NCBI GenBank assembly: GCA_951406725.2
Contig: OX597817.1
Span: forward strand, 104,780,001 to 104,844,000
Reading direction: 5' to 3'
From: Octopus vulgaris
Taxonomy: Eukaryota
Length of the DNA: 64,000 nucleotides
Shown here: positions 36,048 through 49,400 of the stretch, one piece after another
Position numbering within the stretch: position 1 is the stretch's first letter
Layout: each line of letters starts with the position of its first letter
Notes under the pieces: model-generated
Database searches by the model: none
Told to the model about the DNA's origin: nothing
What the model saw: the letters and a program-made list of their open reading frames with translations, nothing else
Position numbers and translations under genes: made by a program

Positions 36048-37370
36048 ATAGGAATATTTCAACTTATGTTGGTGGCTGGTTCCAAGACATATGACTTCAC
36101 TTGAAATCCAATGTAACATATTTGTAAAACTTTATTGGCTTATATCTGTTTTAATAAATGGCTTGTACATATTTTTACATGTGTTTGATGTTCCCCTTTG
36201 ATGTTTTAAGTATTTTTGTGTTTTTTTTAATGTTTGTGCTTTCAAATATGTTCACTGAAACTGATGTAAAGTTGGATAAATTGATTGAAATTAAGATTTA
36301 TTTTCTCTATTAATTTCTTTAAGAAAAAAATATGATGTAAAGGCAAAAGTGATGTAACTCGAAATGATATGAGGTATGCCTGTACTTTGTTTTATGTTCC
36401 ATCATATTTCCATTCCAGCAAGGGTTACAGAAATTAATATATGTTATTGAGGCATTGTTTTATAACTGGATTCCTTTATTATCATCAACATTTACTTGCT
36501 TTTCAAAGAAAGGAGTTTTCATTCCCTTTGTAGAATTACTGAACAATTTATTGATAAGGAAATGACAATAAATTTCATCATTCTTAATTCAGCGATTTTC
36601 ATCCAAAGTACAGACTACAAACACACACACACTCTCTCCTTCAGAGAGAGAGAAAGAGAGAATCTGATATGATGGGCTTTGAACAGTTTCTGTCTACTAA
36701 ATTCCTTCCAAGGTATTTGGTTGACTCACAGTTATACTAAAATACACTTGTAACAAGTGCTGTGTTATGGGATTGAACCTGAAACTATGTGGTTGTGAAG
36801 AGAAATTCTTAACCACACAGCTATGCTTATGCCCAATTCATGTCTGTTGTGAATTGAAAATTAACTGATACTCTACAAATTTTCAGCATTATACAGCAGA
36901 CATCAAACTAACTGTAGCTTTGGATTTATTCATCCTCAATAGTTTAATTTGCTTATTGCATTACCCTTTAGCATTTTGAACTGGCCATATCCAGTCAAAA
37001 TATTCTACCTGTTTTATGTTGAAACTGGCTACATTCAACCTTTCATGACTATCTCATGTCATTCCAAAGATAAACAGTCATGTCATTGAAATCTGAAAGC
37101 TACAAGATAAAGCATGGTTAATTCAAAACAATGTGAATAAATAAGCATTGTATTTGACAGAGGAGCCTGAATGCTAAAGAGTTAAACATATAGATGTACT
37201 CCTGTATACTGAATTTTCAAAAGCTTTCAAAAACTGTATCAATAAAATTGTTGCCAATGTTGTTTAGCTCCAAATCAATCCTGATCTGACAGACCTATAC
37301 CATGTAGATAGTAAACCAAATAACTATATACACAATGTGCAGATATATTATGTTACTGTCTCACTGGATT

Positions 37371-38525
37371 TATGATGATGATGATGTGTGCTGGGTGCTT
37401 TTAATATGGCACTGACATGGGTACTTTTATGTGGCACTGGTACAAGTGCACCAGCACAGACTTTTGCAGGCCAATCCTCTTCACCAGGGGATGTGGTCTT
37501 AACACGTCTGCTGTGGAGGTGTCAGGTATCTCAGTCTTTAATTATTTCATCTGAAAGATTCAGCATTCTGAAGTTGTCCTTCAGTCCTTGGTCCCATATC
37601 TGCCTGGGACTTTCTCTTTTACAAGTTCCATCCACTTTGGGCGAATGGCATTTCTTTATGGAGCTGACATTATCCATTTGCATCACGTGACCAAACTAGC
37701 ACAGTCTTCTGTCTTGCACACTGCATCTACTTCCTCTTATGCCTAACTTCTCTCACACTAACATTGTTGCACATGTACACTTACATTACACATCCAGTGG
37801 AGCACACTAGCCTCATTCCTCTCTAGCCTTTGCATGTTCTCTGCATTCAGGGCTCACATCTCACTACCATGTAGAATTGCTGTTCGCATGCATCATACGA
37901 TCTTCCTTTCACTCGGAAAGAGAAACCTTTAGTTGCTGACAGAGTAAAATCTCTGAATTTTCTCCATCCTATTCTTATATTAGCTATTACACTCTCTGTA
38001 CATCCTTCCCCATTATTAATTTCGTCCCCTAGGTAGCAGAAATTATCTCCTACCTCTAATGAGCCACCAGAGCATTTGAGAGACTCAATTTCTGAGTATC
38101 TGTAGTTTTTATGGCTCCTGAGTATCTTCCACATATGGGCACAACTTTCTCTGATAAGCTTCCTATTATTCCACTGCACCTCTTGTGTGTCCATAGCTTA
38201 CACTGGGTACACTGTATGGAATCCTTGTCTACACCTTTCCTACAAATCGAGTAGGGCCACTTACCTGAAGCGGGTAGAGTCCTCTCTGTTTTCTTGTTTA
38301 CTAGGATCTTAGTCTTTGCTAAGTTAACCTTAAGGCCCTTTTGCTTCTACACCTGGAATTTCTTTTCTAGCTCTGATATAGAATCTGCTTGAATTCCTCT
38401 AGTATGGCCTGGAGGACAATGATGAAAAAGTAGGGAAATGAGGACTGAGCACTGATGAACACATACCTGTACACCAAACTCTGTATTTGTGGTTAACTCT
38501 CACCTTACTGACAGCACACTTAATA
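37371..38525 (-). pseudogene. RTE-clade LINE RT C-terminal fragment with 3' tail
   Basis: LEVGDNFCYLGDEINNGEGCTESVIANIRIGWRKFR..GFSFRVKGRSYDAC is typical of RTE RT domain 7/thumb. Frameshifted. Confidence 0.85.
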
Positions 38526-39487
38526 CATGGCATCCCTCTGTTGAAAGAAAAATAGAAAACAAAACTGATGCTTGCTTTTTACTTATAAACACTTAACAGC
38601 TTTAGAGCCATCTTCCATCTGTATCCATCCTATTGTCTCATCATCTAGAATAAATTTAGATACTCTGAATTTGCTAACTCTATATTGCTTTTATATTAAA
38701 GCTGCTTGTTCTTCACTTCATATTGTATTTCATGTCCCAGGTTTCTTACGAAACACACTCTCCTTTTTTTCTCTCAGCATTTCTCTGCTGCAACCTCCCT
38801 GTTAGTGTTATTTCCTCCTTCTATTCTTCTCCACAACACTGATTTTGCAATCATTTTCTACCTTAACCTCAGGTTGACCATGGCCTTAGTACAACTTAGT
38901 ATATAAATTAATATTTGTACATAAACAAAAAGTGGTGAACTGGCAGAATCATTAGCATGCTGAGCAAAATGCATAATGGCATTTTGTTTATCTCTACATT
39001 CTGAGTTCAGATTCTGCAGAGGTCCACTTTACCTTTCATCCTTTTGTGGTTGATAAAATAAGTACCAATTAAGCTCTGGGGTCAATGTAATCAACTATCC
39101 CCATCCTCCAAAATTTTAGGCCTTGTGCATATAGTAGAAAGGAATATTTATTTATAAAAAGATAGAGTGCTGGGGTTTGTGTTTCTTGTAATTGAATTAG
39201 TTGTATCTTTGAGTGTATAGATTAAATAGTTGTTGTATTAAATGTATAAAACATACAAATATTAGAAAAAGCAAAGGTTATCATGAGTTTTAAAATTTCA
39301 TTATATATATACTTATAGGTGCAGGCATGGCTATGTGGTAAGAAGTTTGCTTCCAAACCACATAGTTCTAGTTTCAGTCCCATTGCATGGCACCTTGGGC
39401 AAGTGTCTTCTACAATAGCCTTGGGCCGATCAAAACCTTGTGAGTGAATTTGATGGACAGAAACTGAAAGAAGCATGTCATATATAT

Positions 39488-40130
39488 ATCATCACTATTC
39501 ATTGTCCATGCTAGCTTGGGTTGAACAGTGTGAGCTGGTGGACTGCACCAGAGTCCAGTCTGATTTGGCATGGTTTCTATGGCTGGATGCTGTTCCTATT
39601 GCCAACCACTTTACAGAGTGTGTTGGATGTTTTTATGCAACACTGCACTGGCACTTTTACATGACACCACCATGGGTGCTTTATCCACCCAGAAAGATCG
39701 GTCTTAACACTGCTGCTGCGGGGTACAGGTCTTCTTAAGTATGGCCAGGTGCCAGGTGTCATCTCATCTGAAAGGTTCATTTTCTTGAGATCATTCTTCA
39801 GCACTTTGTCCCATGTCTCCCTGGGTCTCCCTCTTCCATGTGTTCCATCTACTTTGAGAGATCAGCACTTTTTTATGGAGCTGTCAGCATCCACGTGCAT
39901 CACATGACCAAACCAGTGCAGTCGCCTCTCTTGCACACAACAAATAATTCCTCTTACACCTAACTTCTCTCTCAGAACACTGGTACTCTGAAGAACATGT
40001 ACACTTGCATTGAGGCATTTGAGAGAATCAATTTCCCAAGTAATCGCTCAATAAGTATTTAATGTTTTTAAGGATCCTGTGCATTTTCCACATATGAAAA
40101 CTATTTTCTCTGATACCCTTCCAATTAACC
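39488..40130 (-). mobile_element. RTE-type LINE 3' fragment, internally deleted
   Basis: Similar to 37390-37800 and 38070-38170. Confidence 0.7.
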
Positions 40131-40140
40131 CATATATATA

Positions 40141-40343
40141 CTCTTACTCTTTACTCTTTTACTTGTTTCAGTCATTTGACTGTGGCCATGCTGGAGCATT
40201 GCCTTTAGTCGAGCAAATCGACCTCCTTATTCTTTTGTAAGCCCAGTACTTATTCTATCGGTCTCTTTTGCTGAACCGCTAAGTGACGGGGACGTAAACA
40301 CACCAGCATCGGTTGTCAAGCAATGCTAGGGGGACACACACAA

Positions 40344-40376
<33 letters not shown>

Positions 40377-40544
40377 CATATATACGAAAGGCTTCTTTCA
40401 GTTTCCATCTACCAAATCCACTCACAAGGCATTGGTCGGCCCGGGGCTATAGTAAAAGACACTTGCCCAAGATGCCATGCAGTGGGACTGAACCTGGAAC
40501 CATGTGGTTGGTTAGCAAGCTACTTACCACACAGCCACTCCTGC

Positions 40545-40546
<2 letters not shown>
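40141..40546 (-). mobile_element. Young full-length tRNA-derived SINE
   Basis: CpG-intact copy with a (GAGTAAAA)n tail; near-identical inverted partner at 40596-41006. Confidence 0.9.
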
Positions 40547-40595
<49 letters not shown>

Positions 40596-41006
40596 GGCGT
40601 AGGAGTGGCTGTGTGGTAAGTAGCTTGTTTACCAACCACATGGTTCCGGGTTCAGTCCCACTGCGTGGCACCTTGCGCAAGTGTCTTCTACTATCGCCTC
40701 AGGCCGACCAAAGCCTTGTGAGTGGATTTGGGAGACGGAAACTGAAAGAAGCCCGTCGTATATATGTATATATATATATATATGTGTGTGTGTGTTTGTG
40801 TGTCTGTGTTTGTCCCCCTAGCATTGCTTGACAACCGATGCTGGTGTGTTTATGTCCCCGTCACTTAGCGGTTTGGCAAAAGAGACCGATAGAATAAGTA
40901 CTGGGCTTACAAAAGAATAAGTCCCGGGGTTAAAAAAGGCGGTGCTTCAGCATGGCCGCAGTCAAATGACTGAAACAAGTAAAAGAGTAAAAGAGTAAAA
41001 AGAGTA
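40596..41006 (+). mobile_element. Young full-length tRNA-derived SINE
   Basis: GGCGTAGGAGTGGCTGTGTGGTAAGTAGCTTG...GGTTCAGTCCCACTGCG head; GAAACAAGTAAAAGAGTAAAAGAGTA tail. Confidence 0.9.
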
Positions 41007-41470
41007 TATATATATCTCTTATTATAAAAGGCAGATTTTATCTGCCTCCCTTTGTCACATATAGAAATCTACAATATAGGATTTCTTCAATTACAATTTA
41101 CTTAGCATTTTTAAGAGTAGAATGCATTGGGTTTTGCCAGGTCCACTTTTTAAAATTTAAACTCCAATTAAGCAAAATTTACAGAAAACTCACATTCTGG
41201 TGTGTATGTCAAATGCTTTTCTTAATGTGTTTTACACCACATGCACACGCACAGTGTGCAACGAATAAAATGAAAGTAATTCACCTTTTGTAGTGAGTGA
41301 CTCTTTCAGTATGCCACTTCCTCTTTACACACATAGACACGCAAATATATAAATAAAATTGTAAGCTAACGTGCGTGTGTGTGAGTGTGTGTGTGTGTGA
41401 GGGTGCATGTGTGTGTGTGTGTGTGCGTGAGTGTGTGACAGGAAAGTATTTTAGGACGAATATAAGACCT

Positions 41471-41573
41471 ATATCGGCGATGTTTCGCTTGTCGTAGCAC
41501 ATCGCCATATCGGCAATGTTTCGCTTGTCGTAGCACATCGCCATATCGGCAATGTTTCGCTTGTCGTAGCACA
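41471..41573 (+). repeat. 36-bp tandem repeat (x2.9), with an inverted partner at ~41924-41976
   Basis: ATATCGGC(G/A)ATGTTTCGCTTGTCGTAGCACATCGCC repeated at 41471, 41507 and 41543. Confidence 0.95.
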
Positions 41574-41990
41574 GGTTTCCGTCGATTTCCGTAAAAAACT
41601 TTTAGTTTTTTACCTAACTAATGAGAGTGAAAGAGACTAAGAGAAAGCGATTGTATGACGAGGGAAGTTCTTTTGAAGTTACCGTGCATGGGACGCATTG
41701 ATGTACATGTGTGTGTGTGTTTGATGGAGTGTGGGAGACAGACAGTATGTTGTGTAAGTGAAGTGCTTCTGTTAGTGTGTGTGAAGAGACAGAGAGAGTA
41801 ATGTGTGAAAGAGAGAGATAACTGAAATTTTTTACTCGGTTTATGTGTATATGTATGCATGTGTGTGTGTATGTATGTGTGTGTGTATGTATGTATGTAT
41901 GTATGGCCGATTCAGTGTTTACATTTTTTATGGAAATCGACGGAAACGTGTGCTACGACAAGCGAAACATCGCCCCTATATCCAAGTAGC

Positions 41991-42315
41991 AGAAAGATCG
42001 CCCAAAAGTGTATATAGATATTTAAATGTATTTATATATTCATCTATACACAGATGTATGTATAATGTGTGTGTATATATTTCCATACACGTAACCATTC
42101 ACCCTCCATACTAAAGTTTTCTTAGCAGTGATATATATATAAATGTATTTATATAAATAAGATCTCAAAGTTATCTCTAAGATCTAAAACAGAAAAGATC
42201 GCCCAAAAGTGTATATAGATATTTAAATGTATTTATATATTCATCTATACACACATGTATGTATAATGTGCGTGTATATATTTCCATAGAGGTAACCATT
42301 CAATCCATACAAAGT
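41991..42315 (+). repeat. ~120-bp direct duplication inside the Helitron
   Basis: AAAGATCGCCCAAAAGTGTATATAGATATTTAAATG...GTAACCATTCA at ~41993 and ~42194. Confidence 0.9.
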
Positions 42316-42580
42316 TTTTTAGGACGAAAATATTTATATATAAAAGAAAAGGTTGTGTGTCTGTCTACTCCGATTTAGATTCCTAACTACTCCCGCATTT
42401 TGCGATGCAGTTTAACCAAAACCGGGTATCTTATAGTCGTGATTCATATCGAGCCCTTCTGGGTATTAGCGCGCATCTACGATGAGACTACGATTTAAAA
42501 AAAAAATTACCATCATTTTTTTCCATTTTAATGCATATTTTTTAAAATAAACGGAAGTAACTCTCAAACTTCACACCAAT

Positions 42581-43102
42581 ATGCGTGCTCATATGCGACG
42601 TAATATCACATCACCAGCATTTCCTCACACCCTCCTTGCACTTGGCGAAGGCAAAATACCAGGGGATGAAAATGGTAATATTGCCATCGATTCCATTTGT
42701 ACCATTGTTAAGACGCCTTCTGATCTCAGAGATGCAGTGTTCCCAGATCTACAAGCTAATTATCAGAATATGGATTGGATTGGCAAAAAGGCTATACTGG
42801 CCCCGAGGAATAAAACTGTTCACCATATTAATGATGAAATGCTAAAACTCATTCCTGGGGAAGTCTATGTATATCAGTCTATCAATACAACTCCTGACCC
42901 AGAGGACGTCATCAACTATCCAATAGAGGTACTCAATTCCTTTGAGCACCCCGGACTACCACCACACTTTCTCAAACTTAAAGTTGGTGCCCCTATAATG
43001 CTCATCAGAAATTTGGTTCCCCCAAAACAATGCAATGGCACACGTTTGATCGTTAAGTCCTTATCTCCCACCGTAAGCTTATATCAATATTTGCCTGAAT
43101 AA
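42581..43102 (+). pseudogene. Helitron Pif1-like helicase fragment (173 uninterrupted codons)
   Basis: AILAPRNKTVHHIN..YPIEVLNS..PGLPPHFLKLKVGAPIMLIRNL...CNGTRLIV. Lacks Walker A/B and the C-terminal motifs. Confidence 0.9.
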
Positions 43103-43627
43103 TCATCATAATTCAGTGCAATCATTAACAGTACTTTCAAGCAATTCAGCCCCGAGCAACGCCGGGCAATTCTGCTAGTATATATATATATTTGTGTCAT
43201 GTAAAAAGCACTCTGTCTGCCCTGCTGGGTGGCTGGTGTTAGGAAGGGCATCCAACCGTAAAAACCATGTCAAAACAGACACAGGCGTCTGATACAGTCT
43301 CCTGCCTGGCCAGCTCCTGTCAAACCGGTGAACCCATGCCAGCATGGAAGGAGGATGTTAAACAATGATGATAATGATATATATTTATATATCTGTGTGT
43401 ATCTTGGTGTCTGTTCCCCACCACTGCTTGATAATTGGTGTTGGTGTGTTTATATCCCTGTAACTTAGCGTTTGACAAAAGAAACCAATAGAACAAGTAC
43501 CAGCCTTAAAAAAACAAAAAAAGCACTGAGATTGATTAATTTGACTAAAACCTCTTCAAGGTGTTGCCTCAACACAGCTGTATTCTAATGAATGAAACAG
43601 GTAAAAAATAAAAGACACACACATACA

Positions 43628-43662
<35 letters not shown>

Positions 43663-43799
43663 CAAAAGTGCTAATGCAGCTTAGTTATTGATATACGGAT
43701 AAAGGTATTTTCTGCACACAGATTTATTCATCACCGTACTATGTTGTTGATACTTTTGTGGTTAAATCAACATTGTACAATTATCTGTTGTTTTTTTAT

Positions 43800-44185
43800 C
43801 TTTTCATTTACTTGTTTCAGTCATTGACCTGTGGCCACGCTGGGGCAACACCTTGAAGGGTTTAGTCATCAACTCCAGTACTTACTTTTTAAAATTCTGC
43901 TTCTTCTATTCATCTTTTTTTTTTTTTTTTTTTTACCAAACTGCTAAGTTATGAGGGTGTAAACACACTAACACTGTAGCAGTAGGAGACAAAAGCAAAG
44001 ATATCACATACACACACATACACACGATGAGCTTCTAGTTCCTATCAACCAAATTTATTTACAAGGCTTTGGCCAGCCCAGGACTATCATAGAAGACACT
44101 TGCCTGTGATGCCACACAGTGGGACTGAGCCTAGAACCATGTGGTTGGGAAGCAAACTTCTTACCATACACCCAAGCCTGTGCCT
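43800..44185 (-). mobile_element. tRNA-derived SINE
   Basis: Reverse complement of the dominant family. Confidence 0.85.
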
Positions 44186-46187
44186 TATTTTAGGTTCTTA
44201 ATTTTATTTTTATGTCAACAATATAACAGATTGTTAATAGAAAGATATATTTTTCTTAATTTTGAGAGTTAAGAAAGATTAAACTAACCAGATAAACCAA
44301 ATTCTCAGCTGCTGATATTTCTTAAGTTTATCAACAGATTAATTTTCACAATGAAACTAAAATTTATGTTTATTAAACACATTGTGTGTGTGTGTGCATG
44401 TGCGCACGTACCTGTGTGTGTGTATGTGTGCACGTACCTGTGTGTGCGCGCATGTGTGTGTGTGTGTATGTGTAAAGGTAGTAAGTTGGTAGAATTGTTA
44501 GCATGCCCGACAAAAAGTACTTAGTGGCATTTCTTCCAGCTCTACATTCTGAGTTCAAATTCTGCTGAGGCCAGCTTCGCTGTTTATCTTTTTGGGGGTC
44601 AATAAAATAAGTGTCAGCAAAACACAGGGATCAGTGTAATTGACCAATCCCCTCCCCCAAAACTCCAAGCCTTGTGCCTATAGTAGAAAGAACACACACA
44701 CACATACCAGTGAGGCATGGTTGAATGAAGATTCGGTGTGCTACTCAGCCATACAAGATTGTTAAAATAACTACTAGACAAAGTGCTGAGGTTGATTTAA
44801 TTGACTAAAACCCTCAAATATGATGTCTTAGCCCAGCAGTAGTTTAAAGTTTGAAACCAGTAAAGAATTTTTAAAAAAATAGATACTTGTACTAACATGC
44901 TATCTTAAAGATAGTGTATTTACATTGACATGGGCTTTACTCATTAACTTTGTAGAGATTAGTTCCTAATCTCTTGAAATTTTGTCCCTTTTTCTTTGAG
45001 AGTTACTTTCAATTGCCACTTTTTCTTAAGAATTTCTCTCAGAGGTAACTTTCAATTTTGAATTTTTATTCAGATCATTTCCTATCTTCTCTCATACACC
45101 CTTTTATAATGTGGGGTAGGCATATGTATGTATCTCCTGTACCTGAGTCTCTATCTTATTTTAGCCTCTCAACACCTGGCCTAAAGCTACCGCACTCTCT
45201 TCTATAATTCAACTCCATTAAGGGTCTTTTCTTTGTGTTGCAAATTATTTCACTACTTCACTGGTGCCTATGTTACATACATTCACATGCACACATATGC
45301 ACACACTGCCTTCTAGCACCACTGACAAGACTGGATGTCATTGCTAGTACTAATAAATTATAAAATGTATTGAATCTCTTTAATGGTTTCTGATAAACAG
45401 TTGATATATATAACTATTTATCTATCTTATGTCTATGTTTTTGGTCTTGCAAGATTCTTGATATGAAATTATGTGTTGAAACGGATATTGTTATAGGATA
45501 CACATGGGATGGAGAGTTGCTGAAGAGGTCACAGGATGTGTGACAAAAAGATTTCAAACAAAAGACCTTAAAATATGAATAATAATAGATCTGAAATGAA
45601 AACCAAGTATATAGTGTGTATGGTTAATTGGCAAAAATATGACCATCTCCAAATATAACAATGTTTATCTATCCATCTTTGCCCAGTATTCCTGGAAAGG
45701 TCATATGGATAGAGGCATCTTCTCCATAGGTTCTTCTCTGAAGCAAACATCATTAGACTTTCGAGATGGATTCCTAAGTATGGCTAACTAAGACTATGGA
45801 TATTATCCATCCAGCTCATTCTTGGCCCACCCCACAGTTTCCTGTCATCTGACTTGGCTTGAAGAACCTGTCTTGCAATTCTTTTCTGCAACATTCTAAA
45901 CACATGTCTGTAGTAATGTCTGAAAGAGTACAATTGTGAATGTAAGCACCTGAAATGGGGAACCCTCCAAAGATCTCTGGTGTAACATTACTCAACAGGC
46001 TGTGTAACTCAACAATCAGTTGAGTTGCTTCTTCTCCCCATTGAAAGTTCACAGCTTCAGTACAATTTATTAATTAAAAAAAAAATTGTGAGCTATTACA
46101 AATAATGATGATAATGTCTATAATTTTAAAATATTTTGTTTAATAATTTGCATAATTTATGTTTTCTATAAAATTTGTCTTTTTCAG

Positions 46188-46409
46188 CTCATTAGACAAC
46201 ATCTACAAAAAAACAAAGAAGGAAGCAAACAGCCCAATTCTTCAAAACTTAGACACAGTCCTGTATCTGCAAATCATTGTGCATTAACATCAAGCCAATC
46301 AACCAATGTATTCAGCCAACCAAAGTCAATATCACCTAGTATCAATAATAATAATAATAAAGCTACCATGCCTAGGTATCAAAGAAATAGTGTAGAAGGT
46401 TTAAACACA
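46188..46409 (+). CDS. GLCCI1: GLCCI1/FAM117-family exon (74 aa)
   Basis: TTTTCAG|CTC...ACA|GTAAGT, phase 0/0. LIRQHLQK...RHSPVSANH...RNSVEGLNT matches the family LRQQLQR..RQSP..GNH..SVEGLN. Confidence 0.88.
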
Positions 46410-49400
46410 GTAAGTCATTTATTCATTTATTTATCTATTTATTTTACTACTATTTTGCTTTTTTTAATGGTTTATTCAGAGGAGCAAGACTAGCACATAT
46501 GACCCTTTTTTAGGGATTCTGTAAGTGGTGAGAGTTAAGGAAAAGAAGTTATCCTTTGATCAGAGTTTTACTTGAAGGTTTGCAACATAGTGGAATCTGC
46601 TATAGGCACCCAAGGTCCAGGTAGTGATGGATTAAGTCCATCATCTCTGCTTTATGCTGTTGAGTTCAGTGTCATGTAATTATCAGCTCAGCAAGATCAG
46701 ATTTGCCTTTTATCAACTTCCAATGTTGACGAAATATATATATATGTATCAGTAAATAGACTGTAGGTGAAGGTGTGTCACTTAGTGGTTAGGGTGTTGG
46801 ATTCATGATCATATGATTGTGGCTTCAACTTCTTAATTGGGCAAAGTGTTGTGTTCTTGAGTAAAACATTTCATTTCATGCTACTTCAGTCCTCTCAGCT
46901 GGGAAAAATGAGTAATCCTGTGACAGATCAGCATCCTGTCCAAGGAAGAGTATTTGTGCCACAGAAACCAGGAAACCAGCCCTATGTATTTATATGACTT
47001 GGAAAGGGTCTTTATCCATTATTTTATATCTAACTACAGTTTGTTGTGCCTGTAAACTATTTCACATCTTGCTTACATGAAACCTGAAAGCATTAAAACA
47101 AATATTGTAACATCTATAAATGCAGATGTGGCTCTGTAGTTGAGAAGCTTGCTCCCCAACCATGTGGTCTTTGATTCAGTCCCACTGCACTGAACCTTGG
47201 GCAAGTGTCTTCAGTTAAAGCCTTGGGCTAACCAAATCCTTGTGAGTGGATTTGGTATGTGGAAGTTGAAAGAAGGTTTCATGCATGCATGCATGTATGT
47301 ATGTTTATGAGTGTATTTATGTGCACCCTTGCCATGACAATATGTGATGATGGCAAATGAGTGTTACCATCATACAAGCAATGTTGTTTGTTTCCAATTT
47401 TTAGTCAAAAGCTTATCTAGCTATGGGGAAAGATTACCTTATCTGGAAAGTGGTGAGGTTGGTAACAGGAAGGGTTGTAGAAAATCTGCTGCAACAAATT
47501 CTTTCTAACTTATGCAAGCATGGGAGTGGATTTTAAACAAGGATGATGACCGCATTAGCTGTAGAGGCAGATGAGAAGGATGTGTTGTTGCATGTATACA
47601 TTTTTTTTTAACTGGGTCAATGTCGATTAAGCAAGCCTCTTATCAGATGTTTTCTAGTTATGACCAACTCTGTCTTTTCAGAATTAGAACTACATTAGGA
47701 AACAAACTGGCAGAATTGTCAGAACAGAGAATAAAATATCTTGTAGTATTTGTCCTGGCTGTCAGCCTTTTATCTTTTTGGGGCTCAATAACGTAACCAG
47801 TCCCTCACCATCATCATCATTATCATCATCAATATTTAACATCTGTCTTCTATGCTGGCATGGGTTGGATGGCTTGATGGGAACTCGCAAAGCCAGATTC
47901 CGTACCATGTCCCATAGTGTTTTTGGCTTGGTTTTTGCAGCTGGATATCCTTCCTATCATCAATAACTTTACAGAGTGTACTGGGTGCTTTTTATGTGGC
48001 ACCATCACCAGTGCTTTTTATTTGACACCAACACCCACACAAATGTTTTTTTATGTTTTTTTATGTTTCAGGATCTCAATTCTGTTATGGTGGGCAGGTC
48101 TTTTTGATTAAAGAAAGAAAGAAGGGTAAAAAAGAAAATAAGATACTTACTCCAGGACAATGGTTGCTGATATTGTTAGCAGTTTGGAAATCAGATGCTT
48201 TACAATATGTGTTCTGGTTCTTTGTATCCTGAGTTCTTGGGTAATAGACTTGGTCTATCAACTGGTTTAATGCCGGTTTCAAAATAATTCACTCTCTTCC
48301 AGTTTCAGGGACCTTGGAAGAAAACAAAACAAAAAAAAAATAGGGAGTTATGGGTGCTCTCCTACTCTATCTGACTAAACTATATATATATATAAAAATA
48401 TATCCAATGTGTTCTTTTTTCTTTTAACCCGTTAATATTCAGATTACCCTGTCAAATGATTTGCTCATTTATTCAAATTGTTTTGAATTAATTATGCATT
48501 ATCTTGTAACTTTGAGATTTCAATGATATAATTGTTGATTTTTAGAATGACATTGTTGTATAAGTGTGTGAGGCAGGATCTGGCCTGTTTGAATATAAAA
48601 CAGGTAGAATATTTAGGCTGGATATGGCTAGTTTAAATGCAAAAGGACTAAATATTAGGAGGCAAGTTGCCAGGGATTTGGTTGTTATTTATAGCATGCT
48701 ATATGTATTTATTCTATATCTGTCCCACGTGGACATACATTGAATAAACACATGTGTTTGTAAATAGAATACTTTCTATACCTATAAAAAAAAAGAATAG
48801 ATTGAATACAACCTGTCTGACAATTTCACAGGTTTATCTTTAGATATTTTATAATGTTTCCCACAGTTTTCATCATCAGGTATATTTATTTTGTATATTT
48901 AATATACAAGTTAATCTAAAACATTTTACACCTTGCAAGGTGAGATATTTTGCCAACATGAATATATAATGTTTTCCAGAAACAATGAAATATTCCCAAT
49001 GAGTTACATTTTATTTTGTTTGCATCTAACCTAATATTAAACCAAGTTTATTTTAGCTCTTATATTGCTTATTGTTTTATTCATTTTCTTCAATTTTGTT
49101 TTGTAAAAACTGAGAGAAGCTTATGCTTTTCTCATAATTTTTAAGAAGGTGGGGTATGATTTGGGGAAGATCTGGTTGCTATTTCTCTTAGGTTCATAAA
49201 TTATGTAGCGGCTACTTCTTTGGTACACCTTTGAGGGTGAAGTTTCTTCACTCAAAAGGTAGTTTCAAGAGTATGTGTAAGTGGTGTGATGTTGTATGAG
49301 AATGAGATATTCGCATTGAAAGTGGAAGATCTTAGGTGCTGAAGAAAAATGAATTGAGACTGATCTGTTAGGTGTGTCATGATAATTTGTATGAAAAAAG

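Larger units (their letters stand above)
41015..43178 (+). mobile_element. Composite Helitron
   Basis: A|TCTCTTATTATAAAAGGCAG 5' end, a second 5'-like end at ~42331, a helicase fragment, and a 3' hairpin CCCGAGCAACGCCGGG followed by CTAG|T. Confidence 0.8.

Noticed and set aside
40313-40831. 172-aa ORF and similar DTCPRCH/HMVPGSVPL ORFs elsewhere
   Set aside because: Translations of SINE sequence.
41471-41573. CRISPR-like 36-bp palindromic repeats
   Set aside because: The units are contiguous with no unique spacers, there are no cas genes, and the context is eukaryotic. Explained by transposon termini.
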